64,000 bases of DNA from a virus (IMGVR_UViG_3300044856_000190:2195-66194); one strand, 5' to 3'. Positions 49,144-59,044 are shown, numbered from the stretch's first letter. The notes: generated by a model not told the origin, from the sequence alone. Numbers and translations are program-made.

Positions 49144-51366
49144 ATGGCTGGATTAAATTTCTCACAGCAGATTGAAGAGAATACAAAAAATCTTAAATCA
49201 ATGGAACAAGTTTTAGGAAAAGGTCTCATGCAACCATTCAACGGTTGTAATGCAGGTGCTCGAAAGTTAATGCATAATGTGCATAGAGATCATGTGTTTC
49301 CATTGATGAATGGTGAGAAAGCTATACTTGAAACTGGATATGAAATTAGATTCGGAGATTATTCTAGTTCTATTACTAGAGCAGATTCTAATTATCAGGT
49401 AGTAGCAAAAATCAGCAAATTTTCATTTGCACCAAATCATCACTATTGGATTATAGTAAAAGATATGAAAACTGGAGTTCTTGATGTTGTAGAAAGAATT
49501 TCATATCATTATATTACAGAGTCTTATGGATATTTATATAATAATGAATATCTTGACAGCTTAAATGTAGGAGATATAATTCCTGAGAATACAGTTGTTC
49601 AGAAATCATTAGCATTTGATGAATATAATAATAGAAAAGATGGAGTAAACTTTAATGTTGCTTATCTTGCATTGGATGATAATATGGAGGATTCGATGGT
49701 ATTCTCTGATGTAGCAGCTGGTAGACTTACATCACCTTTGATTAATCCAGTAGAGATTAAGATAAATGATAATGATATCCCCCTTAATATTTATGGTGAT
49801 GATACTCATTATAAGATTATTCCAGATATTGGAGAGGAAGTTGTTGATGCAAACTTAATTGCATTAAGAAAGGAAAAGAAAGAAGAATCATATTTTACTC
49901 AATCTATTAATAGATTAAGAGATATTATGATATCTGATGAAAAGAAGAGAGTTCATGGTCGTGTTATCGATATTAAGGTTTATTGTAATAATCCTGAGAT
50001 TCTCGATTCTCACTATTATAGCCAACTTAAGATGTACTATGAGGAGAACAAGCGATACAATAAGGAAATTGTACAAGTGCTGTTACCATATGCTTCATCA
50101 AATGTAAAGATGACTTATGATCTTCAGAAATTATTTGCTACTGCTAAGAGAGTAATGAATAATGATCCATATATCGATAAGAGACCTTTCTCTAATATTT
50201 CTATTGAGATTGATGTATTAGAGGAAAAGCAAATGGAAGCTGGAGATAAGAGTGCAAATAGATTTGGTGGAAAAGGAGTTGCATCTTGTATCTGGCCTCA
50301 GAGTATGATGCCTAGATTTAAGAATGGTAAAGGTGAGTGGGAATATGTTGATGTAATCTTCAACAGTTCTACTATGGTTAACCGTGAAAATGTAGGACAG
50401 TGCTTTGAGTTATCAATTAATCATATTGGTAGTTCTATAATCGATAAGATCATTTCTGATAATATTCAATTAAAAGAAGCTTATGAAATGATTCTGAAAT
50501 TTATTAGTGTACTTGCACCTGAACAGGCAGAATTTATGAAAGAGAAATGTGAAAAAATGAGCTATGATGAATTAGCATTCTTCATTGGTTCTATTGTAAA
50601 TTCTGGATCTATTCATCTTTCTATGAAGCCATTGACAGATGTAATGACAATTGATAAGTTAGCACAGTTGTACAAGATTTTCCCTTGGGTAGAACAGACA
50701 GAAGTTGAAGTTCCATTAGTTGGTTCTGATGGCAATATTCGTTATGTACCTGCTCGAAGAAGAATAGTTGTAGGTAAACAGTATCTATTCAGATTAAAAC
50801 AGTTTGCAGAAGAAAAATATTCTGCCACATCATTATCTGCTACTAATATTAGAAACGAGAATACTAAGTCTAGAGTAAAGAAAGATTTCAGAGAGCTATA
50901 TCCAAATACTCCTATTAGATTTGGTAATATGGAGACAAATAATATGGCTCATATTGGTGTAGAACCATTGATAGCTAATATGATGATTCATAGTTTATCT
51001 CCTCAAGGACGAAGATTAGTAGAACAGATGTATACTGGAGATCCATTCCATATTGATATCAAGCTTGATAGTAATTCTAAGAATAGATCTGCAGAAATTG
51101 CAAATACATATCTGAAAGCAATTGGTAGACGATTAATGTTTATCAAGAAACCAAAAGATATTACAAAGATTACGGTTAGTCCAGTTTCATTTGATCATGA
51201 TATCTATAAAGTTCCTGTATACTTTATACCTGAAAATCAGAGAAAGAGTTTTGATTTTGAGAAAGACTTTAAAGAGCGTGAAAGAATTGAGAAGCTGAAA
51301 AAGAAACGTCATGCAGTTAGTCCTGTACGTTTCGAAGGTATAGATCGTCGTAGAGGCAAAAGATAA
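49144..51366 (+). CDS. rpoB: split RNA polymerase beta C-terminal subunit (740 aa), probably non-virion RNAP
   Basis: GVNFNVAYLALDDNMEDS, GDKSANRFGGKGV, DVIFNSSTMVNRENVGQCFE, GKQYLFRLKQ and PIRFGNME motifs. Confidence 0.92.
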   Translation: MAGLNFSQQIEENTKNLKSMEQVLGKGLMQPFNGCNAGARKLMHNVHRDHVFPLMNGEKAILETGYEIRFGDYSSSITRADSNYQVVAKISKFSFAPNHHYWIIVKDMKTGVLDVVERISYHYITESYGYLYNNEYLDSLNVGDIIPENTVVQKSLAFDEYNNRKDGVNFNVAYLALDDNMEDSMVFSDVAAGRLTSPLINPVEIKINDNDIPLNIYGDDTHYKIIPDIGEEVVDANLIALRKEKKEESYFTQSINRLRDIMISDEKKRVHGRVIDIKVYCNNPEILDSHYYSQLKMYYEENKRYNKEIVQVLLPYASSNVKMTYDLQKLFATAKRVMNNDPYIDKRPFSNISIEIDVLEEKQMEAGDKSANRFGGKGVASCIWPQSMMPRFKNGKGEWEYVDVIFNSSTMVNRENVGQCFELSINHIGSSIIDKIISDNIQLKEAYEMILKFISVLAPEQAEFMKEKCEKMSYDELAFFIGSIVNSGSIHLSMKPLTDVMTIDKLAQLYKIFPWVEQTEVEVPLVGSDGNIRYVPARRRIVVGKQYLFRLKQFAEEKYSATSLSATNIRNENTKSRVKKDFRELYPNTPIRFGNMETNNMAHIGVEPLIANMMIHSLSPQGRRLVEQMYTGDPFHIDIKLDSNSKNRSAEIANTYLKAIGRRLMFIKKPKDITKITVSPVSFDHDIYKVPVYFIPENQRKSFDFEKDFKERERIEKLKKKRHAVSPVRFEGIDRRRGKR

Positions 51367-51371
51367 TAAAT

Positions 51372-51400
51372 AGAGGTAGGAGATTTTCTCTCCTACCTCT
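51372..51400 (+). terminator. intrinsic terminator after beta-C
   Basis: AGAGGTAGGAG/CTCCTACCTCT. Confidence 0.8.
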
Positions 51401-51406
51401 TTAAAT

Positions 51407-51934
51407 ATGATAAGGAGATATGATACTATAATGATTGTAAGAACTTCTTTGGCTTTTATGCCTATAGTTCCAAAAGGAACTGCTATTCCAGATATAAGTA
51501 ATAATTTATATAGAAATAAGATAGATGCAACTATAAATGATAAAAATCTCTATAGTGATCTTAAACCTATAAATGATATAGATCAAAATGATATAGATAT
51601 TATTCTGGCATCATATAAAGATCGTATATGTAAAAGTATAAAACCTATAATCAATAATAATAATTCTGATTTAACTTCCAATGTATATTTTTGGATAGAT
51701 TCGATTTACATAATGTATGTAAAAACAGATTTTACATTTGGAATATTTATCGATAAAGAAGTAGGAGATCCAGATAAAAATACTGAAAATGTATTAGAGT
51801 ATATATGTAATAATTATTTAAAAATAATGCTGGATGCTAAGGAAAGTGGTGAAGATTTAAATACAATGATTATTGTATCTCCAATTGTAGACATTTTTGT
51901 TCGTAATCAACCATCATTTATGATAGAAATTTAA
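51407..51934 (+). CDS. hypothetical protein (about 167-175 aa)
   Basis: ORF track; start may be ATG 51431. Confidence 0.65.
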   Translation: MIRRYDTIMIVRTSLAFMPIVPKGTAIPDISNNLYRNKIDATINDKNLYSDLKPINDIDQNDIDIILASYKDRICKSIKPIINNNNSDLTSNVYFWIDSIYIMYVKTDFTFGIFIDKEVGDPDKNTENVLEYICNNYLKIMLDAKESGEDLNTMIIVSPIVDIFVRNQPSFMIEI

Positions 51935-51973
51935 AATCAGAAATATACTATAATTATGATAGGAGGATAAGAA

Positions 51974-54337
51974 ATGAATATAAAGTATTTATTTGATCAA
52001 TTAATGGTTGGAAATGCTAGTGTTCTTACAGTAGAGAATATTCAGTTCTTGAATAATGAAGCTTTGAATATTTATAATATTCCAGAGTTAAATAAAGAGC
52101 AAATTGAAGAATTGAAACAGATTATTATGATCTGTAATGTGCTGTACAATAGAACAGATATGACGGTATTACCAATCGAAGATGGATTTTATGATTTACT
52201 TCTTGAGAAGTATAAGAAGTATGATCCACATTTTCAGGTAGGATCTGCAGTTGTAGAGTTTAGAGATTTCATAGAGAATGATCTGGATAATCCACGAAAG
52301 ATTGCAGAGTGTCCAATCGTATTTTATGATAATCCAGAAAGAGATGAAACTCATCAGTATGTGAGAGATCATATTATGATTAAAGGACAATGGTTTGTAG
52401 ATAGAAGAGATTTCTATCTGTGTCCAGTTACATTTGATAGCCAGTATATTGGAAAGAGAAGTCATAATACAAAGCATAATCATCCTACTCTTGTAGGAAC
52501 TTTGGATAAGTGTAAATTTGTATTAAATCAAGATGCTATTGATGCTGGAGTATTTGATGATCCAAACGTTGCTATTTTGGAAAGAGATTTCTTTCAAGAG
52601 CATATTAAGAAAGGAATTATTAGACCAGATCAAGAATTAGAGATTGTAGTTGAATTGAAATATGATGGTATTTCTGTAGAAGCAGATTGTGGAATGGAAG
52701 TTGTATCTGCAAGAACTAGAGGAGATACTGGTATTGGAGAAGCAAGTGATATTACTCCAATTCTAAAAGGATATCAATTTAAACATGCTCCTGGATATAT
52801 GATTGGTGAAGAACCTGTTGGAGTTAAGTTTGAAGCTATTATTACAAAATCTAATTTATATAAGTTCAACCAATTACGTGGAAGAAAATATGCAAATGGC
52901 AGAACTGCAATTATTGGATTATTTGGAGCTTCTGATGCATATAAATTCAGAGATCTGATTACTCTTGTTCCATTAGCTTTGGATAGAGATCAATTCTATT
53001 TCCATTTAGATAATAGAATGCAGGAGATTGAGATATTGAATCAATTATTTATATCTCATGGAGAACCTTTGAGATATTGTTATTTCAAAGGAACTATTCC
53101 AGAATTATTGTATTATATTAAAGCATTTGCTGATGAGGCTAAGATTGCTAGAGATCAATTAGATTTCATGTATGATGGAATAGTTGTATCTTATTTGGAT
53201 GAGAATATAAGAGCAAAGTTAGGCAGAGTAAATTATATCAACAAATATTCTGTAGCTGTAAAATTCAATCCATTAGAGAAACAAACAATATTCAGAGGAT
53301 ATACTTACGAAATTGGGCAGCATGGTAATATCACTCCTATGATTCATTATGATCCAGTTGAATTCTTAGGAACAATTCATACAAAGTCTACTGGATCTTC
53401 TTTAAAGAGATTCCAGGATCTTCAATTAAAGTATGGAGATTTCATTAATGTAACTTATGTGAATGATGTAATGCCATATGTATCAAGAGTAGAATGTGAG
53501 CATAATAGGAAAAATCCAAATCCAATTGCTGATGTAATTGATAAATGTCCTGTATGTGGAACAAAATTAGTTATATCAGATTCTGGAAAATCTTTATTAT
53601 GTCCAAACCCTGAATGTCCAGGAAGATCTATTAAACGTATGGTAAATATGTTTGATAAGTTAAATATAAAGGGATTTGCGGAAGCAACTTTTAAGTTGCT
53701 GAAATGTGATCACTTTGCTAATCTATTTAAATATAATAGAGAAACGCTAATAAAAATATTAGGAAATGCAGATGGTAATGCATTTGCTGATGTACGGCAA
53801 TCTTTATTAAATGATCCTATACAGGATTATATGATTATGGGAGCTTTAGGATTTACTTCTATTGCTCGAAAGAAATGGCAATCAATTTTACAGTCAATAA
53901 CTGTAAAAGAGTTATTTGATATGTATCTCGATTGCCTTGAAAATGGTAGTTCGATGGAATATGTATTAGGATTAGCTATTCCTAGTATACGAAATACAGT
54001 AACTGCAAAAACAATTGCTAATGAATTTGATTTCTTTGCATCAGATATCTGTTTCATTTTGGATAATTGTAAATTGATTAATTCTAAAGGTCAAGCTGAT
54101 TCAGTAAAAGGTCAGATTAGATTTACAGGATTTAGAAATCAACAGTTAAAGGAACAACTTTGTAATGCAGGGTATGATGCAGATGATTCTTCTGTAACAA
54201 AGAAGACAAATATTTTATTAATCCCATATGAAGGCTTTAGTAGCTCTAAAGTTACAAAAGCTCAATCTATTCCAGGTATCAAGATTATACCTATCAATGA
54301 CTTCTTAGCTAACATGGGAAACTATGTTGAAGTTTAA
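51974..54337 (+). CDS. ligA: NAD-dependent DNA ligase
   Basis: YDLL..Y (domain Ia), ELKYDGISV, RTRGD, DGIVV, AVKF, OB fold, CPVCG...CPNPEC Zn finger, BRCT-like FTGFR. Confidence 0.92.
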   Translation: MNIKYLFDQLMVGNASVLTVENIQFLNNEALNIYNIPELNKEQIEELKQIIMICNVLYNRTDMTVLPIEDGFYDLLLEKYKKYDPHFQVGSAVVEFRDFIENDLDNPRKIAECPIVFYDNPERDETHQYVRDHIMIKGQWFVDRRDFYLCPVTFDSQYIGKRSHNTKHNHPTLVGTLDKCKFVLNQDAIDAGVFDDPNVAILERDFFQEHIKKGIIRPDQELEIVVELKYDGISVEADCGMEVVSARTRGDTGIGEASDITPILKGYQFKHAPGYMIGEEPVGVKFEAIITKSNLYKFNQLRGRKYANGRTAIIGLFGASDAYKFRDLITLVPLALDRDQFYFHLDNRMQEIEILNQLFISHGEPLRYCYFKGTIPELLYYIKAFADEAKIARDQLDFMYDGIVVSYLDENIRAKLGRVNYINKYSVAVKFNPLEKQTIFRGYTYEIGQHGNITPMIHYDPVEFLGTIHTKSTGSSLKRFQDLQLKYGDFINVTYVNDVMPYVSRVECEHNRKNPNPIADVIDKCPVCGTKLVISDSGKSLLCPNPECPGRSIKRMVNMFDKLNIKGFAEATFKLLKCDHFANLFKYNRETLIKILGNADGNAFADVRQSLLNDPIQDYMIMGALGFTSIARKKWQSILQSITVKELFDMYLDCLENGSSMEYVLGLAIPSIRNTVTAKTIANEFDFFASDICFILDNCKLINSKGQADSVKGQIRFTGFRNQQLKEQLCNAGYDADDSSVTKKTNILLIPYEGFSSSKVTKAQSIPGIKIIPINDFLANMGNYVEV

Positions 54338-54350
54338 TATATAATATGAT

Positions 54351-54386
54351 CATATATTATATACTTGATAGGTATAAATCTTATCA
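54351..54386 (+). promoter_or_regulatory. early-type promoter plus 5' hairpin
   Basis: CATATATTATATA; TGATAGG/CTTATCA. Confidence 0.55.
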
Positions 54387-54424
54387 CAAAATAATATTAT
54401 TTTATCTTATAAGGAGGACATGAC

Positions 54425-55036
54425 ATGTCAGAAGTATTATCAAAGTTGTTTGATACAACTTTACCAGCAAACTACAGCAAGGTATTATTCGAGGAGAAAA
54501 ATCTCGATCTTGCACCAGAGCATCTTGATAAGATGTTTGATACAGTATTTACTGGATCAGCAAACTTATTAAATCATGCAAAATCTCTAAATGCTCCAAC
54601 AGCATTAATCTTCAGAGATCTTAAGCAGAATGTAGTAGCAGTATCAGTAGTACAGTTCTTCCCAAATGAAGATGCAAGTAAGCCAGGTAACTGGAGTCTT
54701 ATTTGGTCATTTGATGAGAAGGATATTCCAGAGAATGCACTGAAGATCGAGTTCTCAGATCCACAGTCACATACTTATTTCAGAGCAGTTGCAGGTGAGA
54801 AGTATGGTATGGGATTCAAGAACGTTGATTGTCTTGTAAACTGTATCATTTGTGCTTTTGAGCAGCTTAAGAAATGGCTTGATGAGAATGCAGCTGAGGA
54901 TAAGACAGTTGGAATCGAATGTGATGGACTGTTTAAGGCAAGAGTTGCTATTGAATCTAATGAGAAAGTATTCGCATTAGAGGCTGATGGTGAGATCAAG
55001 AACCTCATTAAAGATGATGCAGCTATTGAGAAATAA
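54425..55036 (+). CDS. abundant early hypothetical protein (203 aa)
   Basis: SD AAGGAGG; early promoter and 5' hairpin; C-ending (TTC/AAC/ATC) codon preference typical of highly expressed genes. Confidence 0.8.
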   Translation: MSEVLSKLFDTTLPANYSKVLFEEKNLDLAPEHLDKMFDTVFTGSANLLNHAKSLNAPTALIFRDLKQNVVAVSVVQFFPNEDASKPGNWSLIWSFDEKDIPENALKIEFSDPQSHTYFRAVAGEKYGMGFKNVDCLVNCIICAFEQLKKWLDENAAEDKTVGIECDGLFKARVAIESNEKVFALEADGEIKNLIKDDAAIEK

Positions 55037-55064
55037 TTAATCATTTCTCAGAATAAAGAATAAT

Positions 55065-55175
55065 AACCAGGAGTTACTATAATAAGTACACAAATAACAT
55101 AACAAAAATCTAATCCCTTCTTCAGTTATGTCATACTTACCCATTATTGTGTACTTATTAAAAGTGCTCCTGGTT
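55065..55175. ncRNA. candidate structured RNA / extended hairpin (about 111 nt)
   Basis: Nested inverted repeats AACCAGGAG/CTCCTGGTT, TAATAAGTACACAA/TTGTGTACTTATTA and ATAACATAAC/GTTATGTCAT. Confidence 0.5.
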
Positions 55176-55230
55176 TTAGTCTTAAAAACTATCCAAATAT
55201 TCTTTTTTGTTTTTAAAGGAGAAAATTCTA

Positions 55231-55947
55231 ATGGAAATGAAACCTGCTTATTTGTCTGTCACTAAATCTGCAGCGAATGGACAAGTGTATGACGTAATAT
55301 CATATGATGAATATGGTAAAAATTTCGATATGTATAATGGTAGAACAGATGTTGCTGTATCTGCTAATTGTAGAGGAAAAGATATTATATTACCTATAAA
55401 AGGTAAGTATTCAGGAAATCCAATTAGTCCAGGTGTATATGATGCTGGATGTGTTGATTTCTTTAATTATCCAGATGAAACTACTATTGAGAGATATGTA
55501 CCAACTAATACAGTGCATATGTCTAATAGAGAAGATATTGGTAATTTGATTAAATCTGGTGAAATTGCAAAAAGACTTGATGAGCCTTTCATTACAACTC
55601 CAGATAATATTACAAATATTCCTATTAAGGAAACAGATCAACCAGAAATGGTAGCTTTGAAAACAGCACTTAATTCAAAGCATATTGATATTGATAAATA
55701 TGCTGGTAGATTTGGAGATAATTATCCAAATGATAAACGTCAGCTTAAATTAGAGAGTGCAACTCTCAAGATTATTAAACGATTCTGTGAGAACTGTGAT
55801 ATGGATGCGGTATTAATTCTTAAAGATAGAGATAAAGATGTACCTAATCCTATGAATAGAGAAATTAGAGTATCATTAACAAAACCTATTGATATGGATA
55901 ATATTATTCATCTTAATAGAAATGATGATGATACTGAAGATATATAA
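55231..55947 (+). CDS. hypothetical protein, possible C-terminal HTH-like domain
   Basis: Start reassigned to ATG 55231 (SD AAGGAG). Confidence 0.7.
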   Translation: MEMKPAYLSVTKSAANGQVYDVISYDEYGKNFDMYNGRTDVAVSANCRGKDIILPIKGKYSGNPISPGVYDAGCVDFFNYPDETTIERYVPTNTVHMSNREDIGNLIKSGEIAKRLDEPFITTPDNITNIPIKETDQPEMVALKTALNSKHIDIDKYAGRFGDNYPNDKRQLKLESATLKIIKRFCENCDMDAVLILKDRDKDVPNPMNREIRVSLTKPIDMDNIIHLNRNDDDTEDI

Positions 55948-56002
55948 TTTTTCTTTTTAAAATTTTGTAATAATATATTATTACAAAGATTTGGAGGATA
56001 CA

Positions 56003-57817
56003 ATGAATCAGTTAAATCAAGCACAATTTATGAGGGAATTCAATGAAACTCATAGAGAACAATTTAACCCAGAGCTCTTTAAAAGAGATAATGATGAAAT
56101 TGTAGAAGCTATTCGTGAAGTAGTAACTTCTTGTCAGAGAGATAAGTACTATACTCTAAAACTTTTATCATTTACCCCAATTTATGATTATGAGGAAATC
56201 TATAATACTCTTAGGGAGCATGATGAAAAACGTAAGAAAAAGAATGATAAATCTCCAAATGTATATGACTTTATCAATATTCGTGATACAGATATGATTT
56301 TGATTAAAGTTATTTGGTTGATACGTCATAATGGAATTGAACGTCAGGATGATAATGGAAAAACAGTCGATGTCGTTAATCCAGAAAAGGAATTAGAAGT
56401 TCTGATAGCAGTTCCAAGATTTACTCGTAATTATTATTTCAAATTAAGTGGAAATTACTATGCTACAATTTTCCAGATTGTGGATGGTTCTACTTATAAT
56501 AACTCTACTGCTAGTAATAGTAAGGTAGATACAGTAACTATGAAAACAATGTTTATGCCTATTCGTATCTTTAGAGGATTCAATACTCTGACAGATGTAG
56601 GAACAGGTGAACAGATTAAGCTGATAGAATATCAGTCTATCATTTTCAATAATACAGTAAACTGTATTTATTATATGCTTGCTCGATTTGGATTATATGG
56701 TACTGCATCTTTCTTAGGAATTCGTTGTGTATCAATTACACAATCTCCAGTATTAGATCCAAATTATTATTGCTTTGAAAAGAATGGTATTTATATCAGT
56801 TGTCCTATATCTTGTTTTCAGGATGCTATGGTTCAGAGTTTTGTTGGTACTATCTATGATGGTATTATGAAAGAATCAAATATCAATGTAATCTTTGATC
56901 AGAGATTCTGGTTAAGAAATCTTGGTATGGCATTTAAAAATGCAAGTGTAGATAAAGGTCTTTTCGTACTTGATTCTGTAGAAGGAATCTATGATAATAT
57001 TACAAAGCAGGATCTTCATCTTCCAGAATGTGATAAATATGATATTTATTGTGTGTTGAGATGGCTCTTAAGAGAATTCTCTAAATTAAGAGTAAAAGAA
57101 AATGTTGATGTAAGAACGAAGAGGATTCGTATTCCAGATTATGTAGCTGCTGTTTATGCAAATAAGTTGAATAAAGGTATTCATAGAATATCTGACTTAG
57201 GAACAAAGGTTACATTAAAGAAAGTAGAGCAAGCTATTTATACAAATCCAATGCTGGTATTACAGAAGATTTCATCTGCATCAATGTCAAACTTGGTATC
57301 TTATCGAGACCTTGTAAATGATATGGATGCTATGGTTGCATTAAAGTATACTTATAAAGGTATCTCTGGATTAGGTGAGGATGGAGCTAGTATTCAGCCA
57401 ATCTATCGTTATGTAGATCCAAGCCATGTAGGTATTCTTGATCTTGATGCATCTTCAGCTTCTGATCCAGGAATGTCTGGAATGATTTGTCCTATGGCAA
57501 AGTTGTATGGTTCCGATAATTCATTCTCAGAATATAATGAACCTAATTCTTGGAGATCAGAATTTAAACCAATTCAGGATAGTTATTTTGAAGGAAAGGT
57601 ATCTCCTGTTGTATTTAATAATAATTCTCCTAGAATGAATATGCAGTTTTATCCTAATAGAGATAGAATTGTTCAGGAAGAGTTGGATATCAATCGAGTA
57701 ATCTGTCCAGTAGAAAATCTGAATGATCCAAGTATTACTTATACTTGCTCAGAGGCAAAACTGGAACAAATGCAAGTAGAAAAACCAAAATCTTTATTTA
57801 CGATTAGAGATAATTAA
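56003..57817 (+). CDS. rpoB: split RNA polymerase beta N-terminal subunit (604 aa), probably non-virion RNAP
   Basis: Start ATG 56003 (SD GGAGG); VP......F.LSGNYY..IFQIVD, and fork-loop-like YRYVDPSHVGILDLDASSASDPGMSG (compare R.VH.SHYG..CP..TPEG..G). Confidence 0.85.
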   Translation: MNQLNQAQFMREFNETHREQFNPELFKRDNDEIVEAIREVVTSCQRDKYYTLKLLSFTPIYDYEEIYNTLREHDEKRKKKNDKSPNVYDFINIRDTDMILIKVIWLIRHNGIERQDDNGKTVDVVNPEKELEVLIAVPRFTRNYYFKLSGNYYATIFQIVDGSTYNNSTASNSKVDTVTMKTMFMPIRIFRGFNTLTDVGTGEQIKLIEYQSIIFNNTVNCIYYMLARFGLYGTASFLGIRCVSITQSPVLDPNYYCFEKNGIYISCPISCFQDAMVQSFVGTIYDGIMKESNINVIFDQRFWLRNLGMAFKNASVDKGLFVLDSVEGIYDNITKQDLHLPECDKYDIYCVLRWLLREFSKLRVKENVDVRTKRIRIPDYVAAVYANKLNKGIHRISDLGTKVTLKKVEQAIYTNPMLVLQKISSASMSNLVSYRDLVNDMDAMVALKYTYKGISGLGEDGASIQPIYRYVDPSHVGILDLDASSASDPGMSGMICPMAKLYGSDNSFSEYNEPNSWRSEFKPIQDSYFEGKVSPVVFNNNSPRMNMQFYPNRDRIVQEELDINRVICPVENLNDPSITYTCSEAKLEQMQVEKPKSLFTIRDN

Positions 57818-57827
57818 GGAGGATAAT

Positions 57828-58070
57828 ATGGCTACAATGTACTTTTTATATTCAGACGAGCAGATTGCTGAGAAGAATAATATATTAAGTTCTACTGGCA
57901 AGAAGTTCGTTCCAGGTACAGTTGTAGTGAATGGTAAAAGAACAAAATTCACTCAGTTATCAGAGTCTGCTTCTATTAGTAGATTTATTGATACTAAGAT
58001 TGTGGCTTCTGGTGAGCTGAGTGATTTTACTTATCAAGAGCCATCTACTACAATAAAGAAAGGAAATTAA
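57828..58070 (+). CDS. small hypothetical protein (80 aa) directly after beta-N
   Basis: SD AAGGAGG. Confidence 0.75.
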   Translation: MATMYFLYSDEQIAEKNNILSSTGKKFVPGTVVVNGKRTKFTQLSESASISRFIDTKIVASGELSDFTYQEPSTTIKKGN

Positions 58071-58072
58071 AT

Positions 58073-58981
58073 ATGATTACTAATTTAAGATGCTACACTT
58101 ATGACTATAAAACAGAATCTGCTTTATACAACGTATTTGATAGCTCTGATGATGTAGATTTATTTAAATATATAGATCGATCTTTTGGAACTTCACTTAG
58201 ATTATCTCAGTTAAGATTATCTTTGTTTAAAGATAATAATCCAAAGCCTACATCTGATGCTATTCTTGATAAAGAATATGCATATTATTTTGGATTATCT
58301 GTAGATGGAAAAAAGAATAGATCTTTGCTTACAGATTCTTTGAGTAGAGTTTGTTTGAGAATAAATAATAATACTCAAATGGTTGTATATACGATTGATG
58401 GAATATTTGATGATATTAGTGGATATAAATTATTCCATTCAAAATATTATTCAAAGACATATGATATCGATTATGATATTCTATCTGTATTTATTGATAG
58501 ATCTGTTTTTAAAGCAGAAAATACTAAATTAGTATTATCGTTATTTTCTGAAATTGCAGAATATGATGTAAATCAGATTTGTAAGTCTTATAATATTCCT
58601 ATGAATAAAGATAATGACCAATTGAATTACAAATCTGATATTATACTCAGAGATAAAATCAGTATATCAGATGCTTTTTTCATATTTGATTATATATCAT
58701 TAATCGTAATTGATTTATATTCATCTATTGAAGGATGTGTAATAAAAGGAAATGTTATAACTACCAAAGATTATATTCCTTTAATTCCTTTAGATTTCTT
58801 AACGAAATATGAAGAAGATGAGTATAATAATAAGATAGGAAAAATCCTTATGGATATTATTGAAGCAAATGTAACTTATCTACTCTTCAATAATAGAATT
58901 ACTCTTTCAGATGATAGAGTTCGTATATCTAGAGATATTTACAATTTCTTAAATTGTGCAGAAGAGGCAGATGAGGTTTAA
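58073..58981 (+). CDS. hypothetical protein (302 aa)
   Basis: SD AAGGA; ends in a terminator hairpin. Confidence 0.7.
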   Translation: MITNLRCYTYDYKTESALYNVFDSSDDVDLFKYIDRSFGTSLRLSQLRLSLFKDNNPKPTSDAILDKEYAYYFGLSVDGKKNRSLLTDSLSRVCLRINNNTQMVVYTIDGIFDDISGYKLFHSKYYSKTYDIDYDILSVFIDRSVFKAENTKLVLSLFSEIAEYDVNQICKSYNIPMNKDNDQLNYKSDIILRDKISISDAFFIFDYISLIVIDLYSSIEGCVIKGNVITTKDYIPLIPLDFLTKYEEDEYNNKIGKILMDIIEANVTYLLFNNRITLSDDRVRISRDIYNFLNCAEEADEV

Positions 58982-59044
58982 CCCTCATCTGCTATTATTA
59001 TCTGAAATCATATACTATAAATACGAAAGGAGGATGATACAAAT

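Noticed and set aside
24544-57817. Group I introns or inteins in the RNAP, gyrase, helicase or RecA genes (common in AR9-like phages)
   Set aside because: All of these ORFs are continuous, with expected motif order and no intein C-terminal HN-[CST] junction or intron-sized gap seen
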